From contig JABGXB010000003.1 in assembly GCA_018675975.1 (NCBI GenBank), positions 377,669-397,668 of the forward strand: 20,000 bases of DNA, given 5' to 3'. The position numbers and the translations under genes were made by a program. Under the pieces are notes generated by a model. That model was not told where the DNA came from, ran no database searches, and saw only the letters and a list, made by a program, of their open reading frames with translations. This stretch comes from Candidatus Woesearchaeota archaeon (GTDB taxonomy: Archaea; Nanobdellota; Nanobdellia; Woesearchaeales; JABGXB01). Shown here in pieces: positions 1-6,650 of the stretch; the stretch's first letter is position 1; each line of letters begins with the position of its first letter.

Positions 1-576
1 GCAAATAAATTAATTGAACAAAAAATAAATATAAAATATGCATTTCTTGCAAAACCAAGTCATAAAAAAATGTGGGACTTTAAATTATTAAAAAAAAGCG
101 GCTGTGTAAATATATATTGGGGAGTAGAAACTGGAAATCAAATGATTAGTAATTTAATGGACAAAGGAACTAATATACCAGAAGTTAAACAAATATTAAA
201 AAATTCACATGATGCAGGAATATCCAATTGTGTTTTTATTATGTTTGGATTCCCAGGAGAAACAAAAAAAAGTTTTGAAGATACAATAGAATTAATAAAA
301 CAAGATTATATAGATTTTATTTCTTGTAGTACATTTGGATTACAAAAAGATACCAGAATAGAAAAAAATCCAGAACAATTTAAAATAAAAAAAATAATTA
401 AAAAAAGAACAATTCTCTCAGATAACTATTCATTTGAAAATTTAGATAATAATTCATTATCTAAAACTGAGTTAGAACAAATAAAATTAAAATATAGTCC
501 ATTATTAAATGCAAAAAATAAATGGACTGACAAAATTAATTTTTATAGAAATCATATATTAGTATTAAATGAATAA
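1..576 (+). CDS. Radical SAM protein (B12-binding/class B methyltransferase-like), C-terminal part; 5'-truncated by the window edge
   Basis: Frame is open from base 1 (ANKLIEQKINIKYAFLAKP...) into the ORF called at 70. GVETGNQMISNLMDKG and FIMFGFPGET match the radical SAM TIM-barrel C-terminal half. The CxxxCxxC motif is not in the window. Confidence 0.8.
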   Translation, partial: ANKLIEQKINIKYAFLAKPSHKKMWDFKLLKKSGCVNIYWGVETGNQMISNLMDKGTNIPEVKQILKNSHDAGISNCVFIMFGFPGETKKSFEDTIELIKQDYIDFISCSTFGLQKDTRIEKNPEQFKIKKIIKKRTILSDNYSFENLDNNSLSKTELEQIKLKYSPLLNAKNKWTDKINFYRNHILVLNE

Positions 577-577
577 A

Positions 578-1243
578 TTAATCAAAGAAATCCACTTTAC
601 CATCTAAATAAATTCCCTTATGTAATTTAACTGGACGCCAATTATCACTAACTAAATTTGCATCAAGCCAATCCGATAGTTCTTTAGCATTACCAATGGT
701 TGCACTTAATCCAATCAATTGAATACCAGGTAATTTAATTTTTAATAAAGTTATTAAAACCTCTAATGTAGGACCACGACTTGTATCATTTAATAAATGA
801 ATTTCATCAATTATTATTGTCGCAATATATTTCAACCAAGAAAATCCATGTCTTATCATACTATCTAATTTTTCACTCGTACAAAATAAAATATCACAAT
901 CACTAAATTTATCACCACTCTCATCCATATCACTAGTAGCAATTCCAATTTTTAAATCCGGATAACATTTTTTAAATTCATCAAATTTTTCATTAGCTAA
1001 AGCCTTTAATGGCACAATATAAATTGCTCTCCCCTTATAATTATAAATAGAATTTAACATTACTAATTCAGCAATAAGAGTTTTACCTGATGCAGTAGGA
1101 GTACAAACTAATAAATTTTTTCCCTCTAATAATCCAGCCTCAATTGATTTTGTCTGACTCGGCCTTAAAATTTCAATACCGCGATTAATTAAATGATCAT
1201 ATACATTTTTATGTACTATATTTTTAATAGATTCAAGATTCAT
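578..1243 (-). CDS. Ski2/Hel308-like DEXH helicase, RecA1 (N-terminal) domain only
   Basis: Q motif LRPSQ, Walker A PTASGKT, motif Ia PLKALANEK, Ib TSEK, DEIH, motif III SAT and the RPV linker, then stop. ATG at 1243 preferred over TTG at 1261. Confidence 0.85.
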   Translation of the reverse strand: MNLESIKNIVHKNVYDHLINRGIEILRPSQTKSIEAGLLEGKNLLVCTPTASGKTLIAELVMLNSIYNYKGRAIYIVPLKALANEKFDEFKKCYPDLKIGIATSDMDESGDKFSDCDILFCTSEKLDSMIRHGFSWLKYIATIIIDEIHLLNDTSRGPTLEVLITLLKIKLPGIQLIGLSATIGNAKELSDWLDANLVSDNWRPVKLHKGIYLDGKVDFFD

Positions 1244-1257
1244 AATAAAACTCAAAC

Positions 1258-1280
1258 TCAATAATTTATTAAATTATTGA
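1258..1280. promoter_or_regulatory. Perfect inverted repeat TCAATAATTTA-T-TAAATTATTGA in a divergent intergenic region
   Basis: 11-bp arms with a 1-nt spacer are read directly from the sequence. Regulatory function is inferred. Confidence 0.35.
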
Positions 1281-1349
1281 AACAAAGAATACAATAATAT
1301 TTATAAAAAAAATGTATTAATAGCTATTGTCAAATAAAAAAAGGTGTCA

Positions 1350-2993
1350 ATGAATAAAAAAGAAGTCTCATTTACAAGTATTGAAAATATAAAAAAAGAA
1401 ATAGATAAAGCTACCTCAAAACAAGGAATTAGTGATGAAATTAATGACATTAGTAAAATAATTGATATTGACACCTGGGTTAAAATTCAAGATAATTTTG
1501 CAACAGCAATAAATTTACCAGTATTTCTAATTGAAGAAAGTGGAACTGAGATAGCAGTTTCAAATGACTTCCCATATTTTTGTAAATTAATTAATTCAAA
1601 AGAAAAAGGAAGAAAAGCATGTATTAATTGTAGAAAAAAAAATTATAAAGAATTAAAAGAAGAAGATACAAATATAAAATATTTTGAATGTCATGCAGGA
1701 TTATTTAATATAATGACACCAATTAAAATCAATAATAAAATGGTTGGTGCAATTAATTGTTCCTCCATTCTTAAAAGTTCCAGAAATATTGCAAAAGTAA
1801 TAAGGGTCGCAGAAGAATTAAATATTGAAAGTGTTGAACTAATCGATGCAGTAAATGAATTACCAATTAAACAAAGAGAAGATTTAGTTTTTAATGGAAC
1901 TCTACTATATGTTTTATCTCAAACAATACCAGGTCTAGTAAATGAACATAAAACCAATATAGAAAAAATAAATGAATTAGAAATAATTAATAAATTTTCA
2001 AATGAAATTCAATCCACATTACAATTAAATGAAACATTAAAAATAATATTAAATAAAATAGTAAAATTAACTAATGCCATAGAATCTTCAATTACAATAT
2101 ACAAAGAAGACAAAGATAATAAAATCCTAGAAAGATATACAAATTCAAAAAATGATTTACAATTATTTCAAAATATTGAAAAACAAATAATAAATAAAAT
2201 TACTAATGAAAAAAATTTAAAAAAAATATATGAATTTGAAAAAATAGAAGATGAATTTAATATAAAAACTACATTTATTAAAAAAATAAAAACCATTCCA
2301 TTATTAATGAGACAAAAAATAATAGGTTTTATTTTTATCTACTTAGATAATATAGAAAAAGATAAAAATTTAGAATTATTACAAATTATTTCTAGTCAGT
2401 CTGCATTTGGAATAATAAATGCACAACAATTCAAAGAAATTAATACACTAGCCATAATGGATAAATTAACAAATTTATATAATAGACGATATATAATGGA
2501 AAAATTAGATGATGAACTTAAAAGAGCACAAAGAACTGAAAGATTTTTATCTATAATATTAATGGACATAGATCATTTTTCAAATTATAATAATAATAAT
2601 GGACACCCTGAAGGAGATAAATTATTAACAAAAATATCCGCTTTAATTAAAGAAAATACAAGAGAAATTGATATAATTGGAAGATATGGTGGTGAAGAAA
2701 TCATAGTACTATTACCAGATGCAAATATAAATGAAGCCTTGCCAGTAGCTGAAAGAATAAGAAAAGCAATAGAAAACTATCCATTTGCAAACAGAGAAAA
2801 ACAACCACTAGGAAAAGTAACAACATGCATCGGTCTTGTAAGCCACAGAGGAAAAAATAAAACAAAAGATGATTTAATAAAACTTTCAGATGATTTATTA
2901 TATAAATCCAAAAAAGCAGGCCGAAATAAAACAAGTTATAGAATAATAGATGAAAAAAGTAGTGAAATATTACAATCTCAAACCCATCAATAA
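1350..2993 (+). CDS. PocR sensor - GAF-like - GGDEF diguanylate cyclase
   Basis: PocR cysteine pattern FCKLI...CINC...CHAGL; central GAF-like region (IPLLMRQKIIGFI...LLQIISSQSAFGI); GGDEF domain with DKLTNLYNRRY, DIDHF..NxxxGHPEGD, I-site REID and RYGGEEI. AGGTG at 1342-1346 favours ATG 1350 over GTG 1344. Confidence 0.92.
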   Translation: MNKKEVSFTSIENIKKEIDKATSKQGISDEINDISKIIDIDTWVKIQDNFATAINLPVFLIEESGTEIAVSNDFPYFCKLINSKEKGRKACINCRKKNYKELKEEDTNIKYFECHAGLFNIMTPIKINNKMVGAINCSSILKSSRNIAKVIRVAEELNIESVELIDAVNELPIKQREDLVFNGTLLYVLSQTIPGLVNEHKTNIEKINELEIINKFSNEIQSTLQLNETLKIILNKIVKLTNAIESSITIYKEDKDNKILERYTNSKNDLQLFQNIEKQIINKITNEKNLKKIYEFEKIEDEFNIKTTFIKKIKTIPLLMRQKIIGFIFIYLDNIEKDKNLELLQIISSQSAFGIINAQQFKEINTLAIMDKLTNLYNRRYIMEKLDDELKRAQRTERFLSIILMDIDHFSNYNNNNGHPEGDKLLTKISALIKENTREIDIIGRYGGEEIIVLLPDANINEALPVAERIRKAIENYPFANREKQPLGKVTTCIGLVSHRGKNKTKDDLIKLSDDLLYKSKKAGRNKTSYRIIDEKSSEILQSQTHQ

Positions 2994-2995
2994 AA

Positions 2996-3490
2996 TTAAT
3001 CTGGCAATAATTTTTTATATTTTTCTAGAGATGACATAACTGCACCATACCCATCCATAAATTTTTGTTCATTATTAAGTATTAAAGTTAAAAAATGTTC
3101 AACATCACCAAGGGATTCAAATGAACCTCTACCAATTGCCGAAAAATAATAATCTGAATTATCAACGAATGGTACAAAAATTCCAGCAGTTAATTCATAT
3201 AAACTCAAGACAGAATTGTCTTTAACAAACTGATTAGCTACACCCATATAATCTTTTAAACCTTTAACATATTCTTCAAGACTAGCAATAGTTTCATTTG
3301 TAGATATTTTCAAATGCGGAATTTGTCTCCAATCATCATGTTTAAAAAGAGAATAAAATAATCCACCTTGATCACCAACTGAAAGCCTTCTAAACGTATC
3401 TTTTTGAAAAGAACATCTTGTATTTTCTAAACAACCTGTTAAAAATTTTTTATTATTAAACCCCAACTTAACAAATTTTTGATCACTCAT
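2996..3490 (-). CDS. Hypothetical protein
   Basis: 164-aa ATG ORF filling the gap between neighbours with no overlap; no recognisable motif. Confidence 0.65.
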   Translation of the reverse strand: MSDQKFVKLGFNNKKFLTGCLENTRCSFQKDTFRRLSVGDQGGLFYSLFKHDDWRQIPHLKISTNETIASLEEYVKGLKDYMGVANQFVKDNSVLSLYELTAGIFVPFVDNSDYYFSAIGRGSFESLGDVEHFLTLILNNEQKFMDGYGAVMSSLEKYKKLLPD

Positions 3491-3564
3491 GAAAATAAGT
3501 CAACAAGGGTATTTTTAAACATTTATATAAATAAAAATATAAATAGCAAAATCAAACATAAACT

Positions 3565-4173
3565 ATGGAACATTATTTTATTCAAGACCCAAAAAGTGAA
3601 AGTAAAGAAAATAAAATAGAAATAAAAATATTTGACAAAAAATTAGAATTTTATACAAATTCAGGAGTTTTTAGTAAAACTAAATTAGATGACAGATCAG
3701 AATTATTAATAAAAAATTGTATAATTCAACCAAATTGGAAAATATTAGATTATGGATGCGGATGGGGTCCAATTGGAATAATACTTTTAAAAAAATACAA
3801 TATAAATTGCACATTTATAGACACAAATCAAAGAGCAATTGAACTCACAAAAAAAAATATAGAATTAAATAATATAAAAAATAAATTTCAAATATTAAAA
3901 TGTGACATAGAAGACAACACAATAAATAATAATAAAATAAAATTTGACAGCATATTATTAAATCCACCATTAAAAAGTGGACTTAAAAACTGTAAAAGAA
4001 TGTTTCTAAATGCATATAATAATTTAAAATTAAATGGAATACTTCAAATTGTTTATAGAAATAAAGTAGAAGGAAATGAATTTGAAAAATATATTAATAA
4101 AATATTTGGAAATTTTAATGTAATTACACAAAAAAGTAGAATTAAAGTAACAATATGCAGAAAGTTAGAATAA
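3565..4173 (+). CDS. Class I SAM-dependent methyltransferase, MTS/RsmC-like family (probable rRNA guanine methyltransferase)
   Basis: N-terminal MEHYF, GVFSKTKLD, motif I LDYGCGWG and motif IV NPP. Confidence 0.85.
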   Translation: MEHYFIQDPKSESKENKIEIKIFDKKLEFYTNSGVFSKTKLDDRSELLIKNCIIQPNWKILDYGCGWGPIGIILLKKYNINCTFIDTNQRAIELTKKNIELNNIKNKFQILKCDIEDNTINNNKIKFDSILLNPPLKSGLKNCKRMFLNAYNNLKLNGILQIVYRNKVEGNEFEKYINKIFGNFNVITQKSRIKVTICRKLE

Positions 4174-4233
4174 TTTAATTATTTTTATTTAAAAAAGCAT
4201 TATATTTAAAAATGAAAAACATATAAAAGTTAT

Positions 4234-4854
4234 ATGGCACAAGTATTAGACTTATCATTAATTCAATATTTTTTACCAATTTTATTATTTTTAATAATTT
4301 GGGCAGTATTATATTCATTATTAAAAAATAAACAATACATTTCAGATAAAGACTCAATAAACAGTTTAATAGCATTTATTGCATCATTATTAATTGTAAT
4401 AGAATCAAATAGTGTATTATTTTTAGGAACACTTTTACCAATATTTCTTTTTATTGCAGTAGCCACAATATTTTTCTTATTAATATTTTCATTTATAGGT
4501 TGGGAATCAAAAAGTTTAAATGAAGAAGTTGAAAGTAATAGCATAATTACTTGGGTAGTTGTAGTAATTGGATTTTTAATCGTTGCATATTCAGCAGGAC
4601 AAATATTCGGTCAACAACTATTAGAATCCAGAAACCCAGATGGAGTTCCAAGCGACATAAAAAATGAATACGGTTTAAATGAAAAAAATAATATAATAAA
4701 TTCCAATAATAATGAAATTAAAAGTACAGGAACAGGCGATTTTTTTTCAAACTTAACAAATACATTATTTAATCCAAAAGTACTCGGGATGCTTTTAATT
4801 TTAATAGTGGGTGCATTAGTAATAATAATGTTAAGTATACCAGAAGATGACTAG
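4234..4854 (+). CDS. Multi-pass membrane protein, paralog 1
   Basis: About 5 hydrophobic segments; shares YFxPI, NSxIA and NTLFNPKVxG blocks with the downstream gene. Confidence 0.8.
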   Translation: MAQVLDLSLIQYFLPILLFLIIWAVLYSLLKNKQYISDKDSINSLIAFIASLLIVIESNSVLFLGTLLPIFLFIAVATIFFLLIFSFIGWESKSLNEEVESNSIITWVVVVIGFLIVAYSAGQIFGQQLLESRNPDGVPSDIKNEYGLNEKNNIINSNNNEIKSTGTGDFFSNLTNTLFNPKVLGMLLILIVGALVIIMLSIPEDD

Positions 4855-4862
4855 GTGATTTT

Positions 4863-5390
4863 TTGTCAATAGACATCACATTAATTAACTATTTTGCCCC
4901 AATAATTTTAATCATATTTTTATGGTCATTAATATTCGCATTATTACAAAAATCAAAATATTTAACAGACAATTCTAATTTAAATAGTATAATTGCACTA
5001 ACACTATCAATAATAACACTACAAGCAACCTCAGTAAGTAATTTCATTACAAATTTAATACCATTTTTTGTTTTTGCAGTATTTGTAGTTTTTATATTAA
5101 CATTTTTAATGTATGGAGCAGGAATCAAAAAACTCCAAATCGAAAATTATCCCACAACTATATGGATTATAATAATTGTATTTGCACTAATCATATTATG
5201 GGTAGGCGGAAATGTCTGGGGAAATACATTAATTGAAGATGATGAGGGTGGACTAATTAAAAACAGATTAACAAATACAACTGATTTTAATACAAATATA
5301 ATAAATACATTATTTAACCCAAAAGTAGCAGGAGCAATATTATTAATAGCAGCAATAGCATTAATTATAGTTTTTATAAAAGAAGATTAA
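4863..5390 (+). CDS. Multi-pass membrane protein, paralog 2 (TTG start)
   Basis: Collinear similarity to 4234..4854; archaeal SD AGGTGA at 4853-4858 just before the TTG. Confidence 0.8.
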   Translation: MSIDITLINYFAPIILIIFLWSLIFALLQKSKYLTDNSNLNSIIALTLSIITLQATSVSNFITNLIPFFVFAVFVVFILTFLMYGAGIKKLQIENYPTTIWIIIIVFALIILWVGGNVWGNTLIEDDEGGLIKNRLTNTTDFNTNIINTLFNPKVAGAILLIAAIALIIVFIKED

Positions 5391-5409
5391 AAATAAAATA
5401 AACAAAAAT

Positions 5410-6144
5410 TTAAAACATATTATCTATTGACTCATCAGAATCATTCTGTGAAAAAATATCATCATTTTTATTTTTGACTTCTTTCTTTTTAACTGGTTTA
5501 TTATCATCAACTTTTTTCACAGATTTAATTTCAGATTTTGTAGAAGAATTTTTAATTTGAGAAAGTTCCTTTGTAATTCTATCTAAAGAATGCATATTAT
5601 CAATAAAACCTGGTAAAATTTTTTCAAAAACAGTTGTTAATGCCTTTAAATCCACACCAACATTTTTTACAGCAGATTCACTATCATGCATTCTATCAGT
5701 TAAAGCATTATGAATTTTTTCAAAATCATGTTGAACCACATTTAAATCATTTTCAATTTTATTAATTTTAATTTCCATCGATTCCTTCCATGTAATAATT
5801 TTATTAACATTATCCAAAAGTGCCTTCCATTTTTCTTCAATAATAGCTTCTGCAATTTGTGAAATTTGAATTGAAGAATTTTGATAAACATTTTGCTGTC
5901 TCTGTTGCATCGGAGGCGGCATATTTGGAGCTCCTGAAGGGGGGACATTTGGTGGCATACTGCCCATATTCATATTCGGTTGATTAACCATATTACCTAC
6001 CTGTTCATTTAATTCTATTCGTCTTAAAGCCTCACTTATTTGTTCAGGCTTAAAACCTTGTTTCATTAACATTTGAAATATAACTTGATTTTCAAGTCCT
6101 TGTTTTTTTAACTTAATCAGCTGCTCAATTGGTAAATTATTCAT
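5410..6144 (-). CDS. Hypothetical protein: small N-terminal helical domain, Pro/Met/Gln-rich linker, coiled coil, charged tail
   Basis: 244-aa ORF with an 8-nt overlap with the upstream gene; heptad pattern in MEIKINKIENDLNVVQHDFEKI. Confidence 0.8.
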   Translation of the reverse strand: MNNLPIEQLIKLKKQGLENQVIFQMLMKQGFKPEQISEALRRIELNEQVGNMVNQPNMNMGSMPPNVPPSGAPNMPPPMQQRQQNVYQNSSIQISQIAEAIIEEKWKALLDNVNKIITWKESMEIKINKIENDLNVVQHDFEKIHNALTDRMHDSESAVKNVGVDLKALTTVFEKILPGFIDNMHSLDRITKELSQIKNSSTKSEIKSVKKVDDNKPVKKKEVKNKNDDIFSQNDSDESIDNMF

Positions 6145-6529
6145 CCTCTACCTTTTCTAATCTCGCATTAACAAACATATTATCAAATCTATTATTCATT
6201 TCAGACACCGTAACAAAATTTACTGGATTAAAAAACTCCAAATATTTAGTTAAGTATCTGATTTCATTCTCATCAGCTAATGATTTTAATTCTTTATTTA
6301 CTAAACTTAATTTATCATTAATATTAATAAATTCTTTTTTAATTGAAATCATCTCCATTTCAACAGATTTCAATTCATTTGATATAGATTTTTTATGTAA
6401 AATTTGATTTTGTTCAATAACAAGTGATTTTTTACGTAAATTACTATATCTCTCCTCCAAAATACGAATTCTTCTAAGTAAAGAAACCATATCTGTCGGA
6501 TTCGAATCTAAACTAATTTTATTATCCAT
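6137..6529 (-). CDS. Hypothetical coiled-coil protein
   Basis: 130-aa ORF with heptad repeats (LRRIRILEERYSNLRKK...); TATA-like TTTTATAAAC at 6551-6560 on the minus strand. Confidence 0.8.
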   Translation of the reverse strand: MDNKISLDSNPTDMVSLLRRIRILEERYSNLRKKSLVIEQNQILHKKSISNELKSVEMEMISIKKEFININDKLSLVNKELKSLADENEIRYLTKYLEFFNPVNFVTVSEMNNRFDNMFVNARLEKVEDE

Positions 6530-6650
6530 AGATAAAAATTAGAAAATCATGTTTATAAAACTTACTCGAGAAATATAATAAAATTAACAAAATAACATTA
6601 AATTTATTAAGCGACAAAAATAAAATACTTTAGGGGTGAGTATAGTCTAA

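Noticed and set aside
2701..2934. 77-aa hydrophobic minus-strand ORF
   Set aside because: Antisense to the GGDEF domain; hydrophobicity is an artefact of the A-rich sense strand.
4175..5128. Minus-strand ORFs 4175..4375, 4263..4544 and 4889..5128
   Set aside because: Antisense to the paralogous membrane genes, whose mutual similarity validates the plus strand.
5905..5980. Locally GC-rich patch considered as a structured RNA
   Set aside because: Explained by Pro/Gly/Met codons of the linker in 5410..6144.
5742..6407. ORFs 5742..5948 (-) and 6129..6407 (+)
   Set aside because: Alternative-frame or antisense overlaps of longer, more plausible genes.
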